From the NCBI RefSeq assembly GCF_000497125.1, contig NC_090598.1, forward strand, positions 434,001-498,000: a stretch of DNA of 64,000 nucleotides, read 5' to 3'. Below the pieces are notes generated by a model. That model saw only the letters and a list, made by a program, of their open reading frames with translations, had not been told where the DNA came from and made no database searches. This stretch comes from Spironucleus salmonicida. Its lineage: Eukaryota. A program made the translations under genes and the position numbers. Below are positions 49,801 through 62,217 of the stretch, one piece after another; within the stretch, counting starts at the first letter, position 1; each line of letters opens with the position of its first letter.

Positions 49801-52800
49801 TACAACACTAGCGAAAGTAATTGCTCTTCTAGTCCTTCTGAAGAAACAGACATGTTGATAACTGAAGCAGAAGCCTAAATATCTGGTGACAAATCAATCT
49901 TACGCTTTCTAGTAGTAAGGTAAAGTGCAAATGTAGGATTGAACGATACAGATTTATCACCAACTTTAATCATATTACGAGCAATTTCCTTTCTAAGTAC
50001 AGATGATAATGTTGAATCTAGATCTTCTGTTGCATTTTCCACAACAAATGGCGCACCAGTAGTAATTGCATTTTCTAAATCTCTGGCCATAGTGTCAATG
50101 TTGGCTCCTACCAATTTATGATGCTCAAGCATCTTCTTAAGCCAATTGATGCCTTGAAGTTCAGGATCAATCAGGAATGGGTAACGCTTAGAAGCAGTTA
50201 CAATAATAGCTGATTAAATACTACCAGAATCACCTGGTAATTAACATTTTTGCTTCCATTTTCTGATTTCACGAGGATCTGCAGTCGCAGAATATGTGTC
50301 TAAAGTGAATGCCTAGCTGACAAAAATCTTATCATCTTCTGACTCAATTGTCTTAAATACGTTCTCCTTCCAACCTAAAATAATTTTCTTTCGCTCATCA
50401 GATGTATAAGGTCCCAAATATGCAATAATTGCGGATCCTAATAATGCATCTCCAACTGAAGATTTCATGTTATCGCTAATTTGTGAAATTTGAACTTTCC
50501 AGCTCTCATGTTCACTTTTTAATCCATTTACCAATTACTCAGCTCTAGTCAATCTAAGTTCTGTTTCTTTTATCTAATTCTCTAGCTAAGTTCTCTTATT
50601 CACCGAGTCTTCGTAAGTTTTCTACAAATCTGCTAATTTTGCCTCAACTTCAGCTAATTCTTTTTATTTCACAGCTAAAGCTTTCTACTATTTGTCTAGT
50701 TCTGCTTCAGCTCCTTCTAATTTGAGTTTTTTAGGTTCGACTTCAGACGCGACTTTTGCGTATACATCCATAGCCTGGCACCACTAATAAAGACATTTTG
50801 CAGCTTTTGACGAATTTTCAACTTTATCAATTGTAAAATCTGGATTTTGTGTATATTTTCTTAACGCACGCAATACTTTAGGTTTCATATGATCTTTATC
50901 GAAGTTCATTACGCGAGATATAAAGTTCATATCCTACACTAATTTAAGAGCGCTATCCCAGTCAATTTTTGGTGATTCAAATAATGTTAAAACAGCTTCG
51001 AGAGTCTATTTAACCGCAATTGGGGGTTGTTTGAACGACTTAAGCTCAGTAACAGAGTTCTTATCGAAATTCTACAGAGCCTTCATTGCAGACAAATATG
51101 CTGGCATAGCTTCTGCTAAATCGGCCTCGACATCATCTTTGATTTCCTGTGCTGAAGCCACGATTTTTGCTACTTCTTTACCCTCTGCTTCCACATTCAC
51201 TCGAATTGTTCCAGCCTCTTCCTATTCGACAGAAAGTTTCTCTAATAATTTTTCTGTCGCAGCGACTGATTCAGCTAGAACTGGTTGTAACTCAGTTAGT
51301 TGTACCTTCATTCCAGCAACCTGTTCAGAAGTTTCTGTTAGTTTTGTGAGACCTTTAGACAAAATGTTATCACGTTGCTTAAGTCCACCGACGGATTTTT
51401 AAAGAATAGATTTAAAGAGTTATAAGAACGAAATGAACATTGGGGGAGTAACATAGACCATTGTTTTTGTTTTTGCAAAGTACGATTATGCAAACGTATT
51501 ACTGGCGTCATGTACAGAAACACAAGTTTTAGCGATCTCATTAATTGTATATTTGTCGAAAAGAACCTTATGCACCTGTTATAAAAAGCTTTTTGCAACT
51601 TCTAGAAGTGCTTCATTATTCCAAACAGTATACCAGTCTATGGTTGTACAATTTACAAGCGCTGGGAATTATCTCAAACGCTTTCTTAATTTTTCACCAA
51701 CTGGTGAAAAGCACAAGCAAACATGGAAATTGGCTCTAGCAGTACGGTAAAATACATCCCAAAGTTATGCATTTGTGTAATCTTTTTTCTTTCCTCCACC
51801 TTCTATAGCTTCTAAATCTTCCTTACTGACTACTTATTATGCAATTTCTTTAACTTTTTCAATCTCTTCTTTCTTCCAAACAGTAATAGGAAGAGGAACA
51901 CCGTTCAAAACTCCATTAATAACTTCTAAGAACGCGTCAGCTGAATCTAATGAAGTTTCTGTTAACAGCAAAACAATTGGTTTAAACTTATCGCCTTGGT
52001 CAGCTGTGATTAAGAAACAACGTTTTAACTCATCGTAAAGTTCATTTAATCCATACATTCTCGATGCAGTTGGTTCAACGATTGAAGCCTCGATTGCAGT
52101 AGCAACTAATTTAAGTAACGATTTTCTACCAGATCCAGAAAGACCAATACAAAGAGAATGGCCAGCTGGTTGTGATAAAACACGGAATAATCTTGAGAAA
52201 TGAGAAATAGCATCCTTGAACAAGACCAAACGTAGGTTTGTGTCCTCTTTTTGATTAAGTAAAATTTCAAAGTCAATTTCGTCCTTGCTCTAGTCTTCTG
52301 GCTCTTCATCATAAACAGAATTAAGGATACTTACCAAAGCCTGCTTTTATTCTTCATCGTTATTGTTAAGATTTTTATATGGTGCAATATCTGGAGTAAC
52401 TCCAGTTTAGTTTGTCCATCTACCAAATAACAAGGACTAGCTATCAAGTTGACAACCTGCAATTTCAACAAGCTTATCATTCCATTCTTATGGTGTTGTG
52501 CCATAGTTATCTGGTCCTACTTTTACAGCTTATCTATCCTCATCATCTTCAATTTCTTCTTCTTACTCATCTTTATGCACCTCTTCGCCTTCTACTACTT
52601 CCTTATGAATTTCATCATATGCAGGTTTAAAGTAACTAATGAAAGTCTTGTATAATAAATTGTCAAATATTTCCTCGTCATCTCCGTCTGTCAATCTATC
52701 TCTAAATACTCTCTAAGATTCGTGTATTAATAAAGACAAAACATTTCCAATGGTAGCTATTTCTTTAGGCTTAACTGCAAAAATGCCACCTATTACTCTA

Positions 52801-55800
52801 GCGACATCACGTAAATTGAAAGAATAATGGGACTTAAGAGGCGTGGCACGAATATTTGTCCTAACCTCATTATATAAATCGACTAAAGCAGCTACAGCTA
52901 ATTTAGAAGTGTTCTTGACCTCTGCAGTAAACTCAGTGTTGTTAATTTTAACACCAAAAAATCCAGTAAGTAAAGAATTAAATATACTGTTCATTGCCTA
53001 ATTAGAAACCTCAGGGCAAGATAATACTACAAATTTACTAGTTAGACGCGGGTCAATATAATTTCTGCCAGCACCTGGTTATTAACTTGCATATATAAAT
53101 TATAATCCTTCTACTTATTTAAAGGTTAATTTTTAACGATCATAGCATCCACCCTAATAACTGAGTTATCTAATCAATTCATTAGGTGGTTGGGCGCCAA
53201 ACTTATCATAAGTTGGCATATCTGCATCATCGATGAAAATATAATGTTATGATCTTCCGTTACTAGGAGCAAATAAATTTTTACGTTTTTTATCTAATTT
53301 TTCAAAGATAGCATTTTCAACAGCAACTGCTTTAGTTTGAGCAGAAAATGGAAGCTCTTACACAGATGCGTCTAATGGTGATTATTCTAAAAAGTAATCA
53401 ACGGATACGTCTTGCATTTGCACGGCTTATTATTCTCCTTCTCCTTCCTTTTTATCGTCTTTCTTATCTTCATTAGATTATGCTCCCACTGTTCTGCTAA
53501 AGACAGTTTTAACAATTGATGTTTTACTTGTACCTGTAGAACCGCACAAATATACATTAGCATTAGATCTCAAAAGACTCTAGACAACAGTACAAATCTT
53601 AACAAATTGAGTTGTAGGGACAATCATATCATATATAGACCCTCCTTATAAAATAATGTTATAATTAAATTTACTAGATCCAAACATTTTATTCTCTGGG
53701 TTCCACTGACTGTAATATCTAGATTAGTTATCAATTTTCCAATCAAATATCGTCAATTACTTACCATTACTTCCAGACGCCTCCGTAGGAGGCATATTGT
53801 TGGTTAGAGACATTAAAGCGGCAATCTGTTCTTGAGTTAAACCCTCTCTATCTGTTCTAACCAATTATCTAATTTATTTATCAAAATCAGATGTGAAGTC
53901 TGATTTTAATGTTCCTCCAAAGCCCCAGGCTAAAGAGAATATAAGGCGCTGGTCTATTAAAATAGACGTAATGGGGGCTAATCCAGTTGACATTCTTTCA
54001 TCTAAATCCGTTTTATTAGGTAAAAACCGTAAAAACTCATCTTTTGCAGATAGTTGCTCAATTTATGTATCAGGGTTGATGTCTTATGCTTTCTTTTTAG
54101 CTTTAGTATTCTTTTCATTTTCTTATATTATCTTTTACTTAGAAAATGCTATTCTTTCGTTGATAAGTGATTCTAAAACATGTACTACATTAATAACTTA
54201 TTAGAAGTTATACGTTTAGATCTCTTCTTAATATTGAAGCCTAAACAATTCGATTAAAGGATTGAAAATTGCAATAAATTATTTAACTAATTTATTAGCA
54301 ATAGACATTGTCATTCTTAGAGCAACCTGTTCAAAGTATAAAAAGTCTTTAAGTTAATCAGGATATGATCCCAAAAGTTCTGTTTCTATTCTGGTCAATT
54401 CTTATGGTTAAACCGCCGTATATGGTGTATCAGGTTCGTCGTCAAATACTTTCTTTGCTGCCAAGTCTTCATACTTTTCACGTAAATCCAATAAAATAAT
54501 GTTGAACTCTTCCATAACAATTAAATTAAATAATTTTGTCATGAAAGAGATTGAATCTATTGTTAAAGATCTAAAAATAATTTCATTGCTTAAAAATTTA
54601 CTACTGAAATAAACCATGCCACAACGTGATACGGTAGCCGGAGAAGCTTATGATAAATCAGCTACTTCAACCATTATGTTTGAATAATCATTTAATCTGA
54701 TACGTTCACCATTAGCTAAACAGAACATTTTACTATCATCTAAAACCGTGTTTAAATTTTCAATCCATATAGGATCAACTGGAGAATCAAATACAATAAA
54801 ATGCTTTTTACCTAAGTCTGTTAAGATTTTTCTAGCTAAAACTGCTATCAGACCATCTGTCCAATCATTTGTAATCAAATTAAGTTCACCATATAGTTCA
54901 GCCATCGTGATAGACTTAGCCGATAACAAATGTTCCTCAACTGGAAGGAATTGAGGTTGGGTTCCTGCTAAATTCGTAATTGCTTCTGCTAAAACCTATC
55001 TAGCTATGGTTTTGCCAGTTAAAGTTTCGCCCACAAACATCTAACCATGTCTAATAACGTGGGTATCATATGCTTGTAAAATTTTAACAACAAACTCTGG
55101 GTTTGCTTGGAGGCCTCTGTTGACAAGACATTTCTTTACTTCAGCTTCTAATGCACCATAATTTGTTGCAGGCATTTCAAGACCTGGGAAAAGATCTTAC
55201 ACAATACCATTGAAAAGATCAATATCATCTGCCAAAAACTTTGGAATATTTGAATCAAGCATAGCTCTGATAAGGAGATTGTCTTCGGATTCATTACCTG
55301 TACTAGTAGCCTTTAAACGACCTGCCATATACAAAATAGATTTAATAGCACGCATGCCAAAATCATAATGGAATTATTACGATAGTTACTCTGATGATAA
55401 TTTATATAGCTATGTCATCTTTCTCGATAGTACTTTTCCGTTTTTATAACCTTCAGAGAATAAGAAATTTTCAGCAATTAAAGCATAATCTGGAACAATC
55501 ATAGCAATTGGTCTAAACAGAGCTTTTACAGATTCAGGTAACTCAGTACGACCGCCATAGTCTGGATTATATGTGATGAAGAATCCTACACGACAGTTGA
55601 GCTTTAATTCTGCATGCTACTCAAATGTAAAATATTTTTTCTTAGCTCTTACTGCATTTTGAATTGTAAGAATTTGTTAGGAAATAACTGAAAGGGTATC
55701 AATAAGAATTCTATTAAATTCATCAAAAACTGAGAAACTACCCGACATAGCTAAACCACAGAAGAACTTTGCCATCGACTTATGATCTAAGCCATCGGAG

Positions 55801-58800
55801 CAATTGAATATCAAGCAAGAAACCTATAATGTTTTGATTAGATCTTTGGAAGTTTCAGTTTTACCAGTTCCAGCTGGGCCTAAAGGATTACCACCAAAAC
55901 CTCTAGATATTGCCGAGGTTAATGTCAAATAACATTTAGTTGTTAGTGGAGTAACTACTAAGCGCATGTTAACACCATAATACTCATATCCTGAAATAAA
56001 CTTAAAATCAGTTTGTCTAAGTTCTAACTCTCCAGTACCAAAATTATTATCGCCAGCTCCAGTATTTTTAAACTTTGGATCATCAGATTGTTCACCTTCA
56101 ATAGTCCAGTAATGTCTTAATTACTTTTACCAACCAAAATCAGAAGGAAGTTAGGAGTATGCATCACAAGTTTTATCTAGCATGTTATAACAGACATCGC
56201 GAGAAAATACTTCTAAAACTATAATAGGTGTAATAATTTTACGTTGAATTGCACTTTAAGTATTGATAATTAACTCTGATAGTTCCTCAATCTACGTAAT
56301 CATTGTATCTTTAACCTATTCCATCATATATCTGGTACCTAATTGAGCATCGTCATATAATGCATTCTCAACAGCATCAGTATAAACGCACTGACCACCA
56401 GCTAGGATACATTGAGCTGGATGTTCAAATATCCATTGCTTTCTTTCCGCACCGTATGCAGGTGAAGTTTGAAGGCACCTCATTTATTTTACTCTAAGAG
56501 TGTTGAACATTTCATGTTCTAAAGCATTCAGCCAAACTTCAACTAACCCACCTTCAGGAACTACTTTGTCCTCAAATATAACGTGCTCTCCTTCTGGGGA
56601 TATCATATCAAGTATATTTACCTAACCATCTATCGTCTCCAAAGTAAAATCTGATAATGCTTCAAAGATCTTTCTTAAAAATGGTCTAACAGTACCCACA
56701 TCCGTAGTCTGTGCTAAAATTTAAAGCAACTCATCGTTTGAAATAAAGTAAAATCTTGGGAATGCCAACCTTTTAGTCTCTAGATAATCCTCAAGTCTTT
56801 TTTGAACCTTTTCCAAGGACTCATTATGATTTTGTAAAATAACCAAAATACTCTCTTATTAACCAGGGACCTTGAATTCGGGATGGCTTACATCTAACAC
56901 TGAATTAGCCTTTTTAGCTTGCTCTAGAATAGAATGCCAGAACCGATCAACTTCTTAAAATATTTCATTTTCAGCAGGAAGCTGCGCTTTGATATCAGGT
57001 GGTGCAAATATACTTTCTAAATATAACCACCCTTACTGGCACTTCACCCATTCGTCCAAAATATCGGAAAAATCAGTTAACTGTTTTTCCATATTATTCA
57101 CTTATTCACGAATGCCAGCTATAAACCGTGAACCACTCATCGACTGGACAATCGCCAGGCTGTCGTCTAATTATTAAAATAAGTCGTCTACTCCATTCAA
57201 AATAAGAGAATTTGGATTGCTACGTGCTGCGTATTCCTTACATTTGAACTTTGTTTATTGCCATTATTTTTATATTTAAGTCAATTATTTCTTTAAATTG
57301 AACTCTCCGGTAGCCTTTGCAGAAATTGCGGCAACTTCACCTTTTTTGGCCAAAACACCCGATTTTAACAGATTAAAAAGCGTGAATTAGCTGGTATATG
57401 AGTACTACTGACCATCAATTAGATCAAAAATTTCCTGCCAGTGAACATCATCCATTGCAGTATTTCCAAGATCCATTAGGAGCTACGACTTGTGCCTCAT
57501 TTATGTTACAGATTGTTTGTAATAAACGGCCACAGGATCATCATTGAGTAATCTGGTGAACTTATTGGCATCTTTCATAACTTCTGAGACATAAGAGACT
57601 GAGTTTTCAACATTCATTTCTTTGAACTTTAATAATAATTTGAGAGATTCGTCTGGTTCTTAAGTGTCCTCTTGAACTTCTTCTTCGTGTTCTTTCTCAT
57701 CTTCAACTTCCTCTTCTTCTTGTTCTTCTTACTTCACACCAACGAAGCATACTGTGATCCAAGGATCATAAATTAAGTATTATTCAAAGATTTTCCATTC
57801 GTTAAGTCTTTCCCAGAGGCTAAGACGAGTTTAAAGGTCTGTTTAGAACCCTTTGATCTTTAATTTTGTGGAATCAATATTTTCAGTGATTGGATTGACC
57901 TTGTGGTCTTGGTTTTTATCTTATTTCTTCTTTTTCTTTTCTGATGTCTCTAGCCAGTTGTTTATGACACCTGAGTGACCAGCAATTTCTTCAGTATCTT
58001 ACTCCAAGTTCTCAACTTTTTATATAAGTTCTTTAAGGTTAATAATTACTTGTGTTGGTTCAGCATTTTAATCTGTAGAAGGACCAGAAATTAGTTATTG
58101 CTAAACATCTCCAGTAGATTTATTGATATTATCGACTTTAGAAATCATGTTATTGACCTACGACTAATAAATTTATTGTGCAAAATTCTCTGCTTAACTT
58201 CTTTTTTATTATAATATATTAAGACTAGTATGTAGAGCTTCCAAATCTGATCTATCTTAAATATTCAATTTCAAACCTAGCCCTAAAATAGGTGGATTGA
58301 GTTTAGCATCTTAAGCATACAATTCATCTAACGATTATCCTTTATTATAGTTAGTCCATAGAGCCTATGGAACTTATGTCTAAATCAAATTTTAAGATGT
58401 TAAAAGTTACATAATATCATCGCATAATTATACTTTTTAAATAAGAATCTCTAAATCAACATCAACCGTCTCCAGATATTTTATAAAGGCACTATATGCT
58501 TCTAATTCAGAAGGCTATTGACTGATAGCTTTAATATGGGCTTAAATTTTATCATTGGCATCAGTTCTAATTTCGCTCATCACAGTTAAGGCAGTATTTT
58601 CAACTGCTTTCAAACCAGTAATAGGAACAGGTTGAAGCTTCTGAAGTAGACTTCTGGCATCAAGTTAAGCAAATCCTGAAGGTATAGCAGGGGCTTACTT
58701 GCCTAATTTAGCTTACCATGATCTAAATTTAGCAATTTCTCGCTCCAACGGTCTTGTTCCATAGTTATTTCTAGCATTTTCAATTGCATTTTCAACATCA

Positions 58801-60794
58801 TCTTTAATATCAGAACTTGGAATCAAAGAAATATTTAATGCATATTATACAAAATCCTCTTGTAAAAGCTCCTTTATATTGCATGAAAGATTTCTTTACT
58901 GTTATGAATACTCTTTTTCATTAAATGCACTCAAGAATATCCAAAGTGGTTAAAGTTCGTTATAGTCATTTGAACGATCTTTAAGTTCTTGAGTTTATTA
59001 TGCAATATGTGACTCAATCTATGATAAATAGTCTTAAAATTCATAATCATTTGCAGATATTTGTACAATTGTTTAACTACCATTTCTTTACTCAGACTAT
59101 CCTAAAATAAAATATTCTTTTAGTGCTTCAAATTTGGATAACTGATTAGGTTTATTGCACAAACTTATAGTGTTGTTAATTGTTTAAATAAAATTGTCAT
59201 GAATAACATCTAAGCTTGGTTCGAAGAAAAGCTCATTTTCGGAGTTAAATGATATTTCCGATTAAATAACACCATTACTAGTGCTAGGTCTGATTTCCTT
59301 ATTAGTATTTATATTTATACTTAACTGTTAACATGAATTTTGTAACATTTATAATAAAACTTCTATAAACAGTTAATCTACTAATTAAATTAACTTATAA
59401 ATACTTTTAAGTTCATTTTAAGCTGTTCTAACAGCTTTTCTTTTATCGAGTTGTTCTGCTTTTGTTTAGGTAATACTTTTACTCTTAAGCATCTTCTACT
59501 TCAAAAATAATGGTAATTTAGCGTTTTCTTCGTCAGTTTTATCACTAGCATGTTTGTGTAACTCTGCACATAAGTTCATAATAAAAGTTAATATACTCTC
59601 GTTTGCATTCTCAATTAAACTTGTTATATGGCTTTAAACACGATTTTATGAGTCATTCCAGGCTTTAATGTTATTAGTAGGTGTAGCAGAGCTCTTATTT
59701 TTAGAATAATTATCATTTTCGTATTCAAAAGTAGCGAAGGAATCAATAACTTAGTTGTCACGAATTTGGACTAGAACTTCATTTATTTATTGCAAACAAG
59801 TAAGGAAGTGTCCTTTTGCAACAAATAAATTATATTGTTAAAAGGCTCTATTTCTGCAGAACTTCTTGAATTTTCTAAATGCTATCCAGTTTTCTAAAGA
59901 TTTTCTGGCATAAAACTCTCTGAAGAACTTGAAATTACGTAAAATATTAAATGATGATGACTCTAAAATCCAACGATCAAGTTGAACAAACTCTGTAGAA
60001 TCTTCTAGGAAGGCTGATAACACGTTACATTTCTTAGTTAAAAACATAGTATCTGTTAATTCTGGAGATTTTTTAGTACTTAATAAACTCTCTGTATCTT
60101 CATCTTCAGTGACTTTTTTATAAATGATTTTAGGTCCATTTGTATTTATTTCGATTTTACCTTCTCTTAATTATGATATTTCTGCAGAAAAATCTATTTT
60201 TTTAGCTGCTTCTTCGTTAACAATTCTCATTACACCATTTTAACTAATAGTGTAGTAAACTGGCAAGATCTCAGTATCTTACTTGCAAACAACATCTAAG
60301 GAATAAGGATTGTAAATTCTGTCTGCTTGGTTACTTGTTGGCTTACAAAATACTAATTTTACCGTTGCTTTATCCGGGGTTCTTGCAAAGTAAGCAATAG
60401 CATCGTCACTACGTCGCATTTCTTTAGTAAGATGTTCAGAGTTAACAATTTTTGCAGTCTCAGCATTTCGCTGTCGTGGAGCGTCAGCAGCAGCACTAGT
60501 TTTGGGCTAAAACGGGTATGCTGGTAATGACTAATCGGAATGCATAGCTGCACGATGAAATACCTCATTATCGGGCAAATAAGATGGTATCACTTCTGAT
60601 TCGTGTGCTATTGCAGTATCATGCAAGGCTTCATTTAATGGAACAAAGTTTGGACGCACTGCATCAGAGTCAAACTGAGAATAATCGTTCTCGTTAAAGT
60701 TAGCTGTTGTAGCTGGACGTGCGAATCTAGCTGCATTTTCAATGTCGCGGATTTTATCACGAATTAGATCTGATGCTCTAGGTTTTGGCGGCAT
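46854..60794 (-). CDS. Axonemal inner-arm (single-headed) dynein heavy chain, DNAH6-like (~4646 aa)
   Basis: AAA1 [29 protein letters not shown] and [25 protein letters not shown]-terminal YNPYSL; eight ORF-track fragments in one frame; C-terminus WWIQRGAAAF. Confidence 0.92.
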
Positions 60795-61105
60795 TTTTGA
60801 AGAAAAGTTTTGGAGTGGCAATAAAGATTTAATATTATATTATTTTATAATAGAAATATTTACGAAAATTAACATCATGAATTTAATATGAAGTTTGATA
60901 TCTAGTTATATTTAGCGAAATAAGTTTGAAAATTTTAACTAGTTGCTGTATTTCAATTTTAAATAAGTGATTGGCATACATTTTCATATTTTAATTATTA
61001 AATTAATACTAAAAATTTAATATAAGTTGTTCTACAGCTTCCTGGTCATCGTGATCTATTTCAATAAATATTTGGTCCATAAAATTAGTTAAAATAAATA
61101 AACAG

Positions 61106-61408
61106 TCATACATTTCTTTTCTAAGCACGCAAGGCTTCTAATTATGCTATAAAATCATCTTCTGGTGGAATAAAATGGTACCGTCTTTCAACTGCTGAAT
61201 ATGGTCTAATTTGTTTGGATTTATCGAAAGTTGGCATTGGTGTAGAAGGGTGTCGCTCAATAATTTTTTACTATTCACTATAATCTTCTTAGAAAGCAAT
61301 TAGTGTAAACTTATTCTCCAAAAAGTATTTATCTGACTCTTCTTACACACTTTCGTTTTCTTAAATTGTGTCTAGCGTTAAAGAGCAAGATTTTGATAAG
61401 TAACTCAT
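61106..61408 (-). CDS. Hypothetical small protein (100 aa)
   Basis: Read codon by codon as an open code-6 frame MSYLSKSCSL...QKRNV. Confidence 0.6.
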
Positions 61409-61577
61409 TATTAAAGTATGAATATTCAGTATAAAATATATTATTATTTTATTTTAGTTATTAATAGTTGTAATAATTATACTATAATTTATTATTATAT
61501 ATCCGATACTCTGTATAATTATAAATTACCGTTTATTATATATAATAATGTTATGAAATTTAATAATTATTATTATC

Positions 61578-62180
61578 ATGAAAACTTTAATTCTAGTTCG
61601 GCATGGTGAAACAGAACTAAATTCTGGTCCTATACCAAGAATTAGAGGCTTTTTAGATATATATTTGAATGAAAAAGGAAGAAACTCTATAGAATAAACT
61701 GCGAAATATATCTATTAACATTTACCTACTCCAAATTTAATTTTATCTTCTCCTTTAAATCGTGCATAACAGACTGCGGAAATTATCAACAAAGAACTTA
61801 AATTATAATAATGTATTTAAATATCCTAGAATTTGAATGAAGTTAATTGGGGCACATGGGAAGGTATGACTTACGAAGAAGCTTTAGGCACAACGGAATA
61901 TGAACATTTAAAACCACTTGAAATGAATCCCCCAGGTGGAGAAACGTTGTATTTAGTTCAAGATAGATGCTAGAAATTTATTGATTATTTTTTACAGTAA
62001 TAAGAAGACTGTATTTTGGCAGTTTCTCATGGATCTGTGATTAGTATTTTATTATGTGTAATTTTAGATATTCCACTAAATAAATATTGGACAAGTTATC
62101 TCAATAATAGCGGAATAGGATGTTTATAATTTGAAAATAATGTTTGGAAAATTAAATCTTGGGGTTAATATGATAATTGA
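61578..62180 (+). CDS. Histidine phosphatase superfamily protein, phosphoglycerate mutase/CobC-like (200 aa)
   Basis: LVRHGET, SSPLNRAQQTA, LNEVNWGTWEG, PPGGET, VSHG and LNNSG motifs. Confidence 0.92.
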
Positions 62181-62217
62181 TATATTATATATAAAATATA
62201 TTATTTATTATTCGCTA

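Noticed and set aside
60760-61080. Minus-strand ORF from ATG 61080
   Set aside because: It runs through the dynein promoter and into the dynein CDS, has no motif, and is plausible by chance with a single stop codon.
233-61609. Most short ORFs in the supplied track (e.g. 233-487, 4571-4783, 12494-12862, 19802-20095, 51031-51402)
   Set aside because: They were computed with TAA/TAG as stops and are either fragments of code-6 genes or antisense/off-frame shadows.
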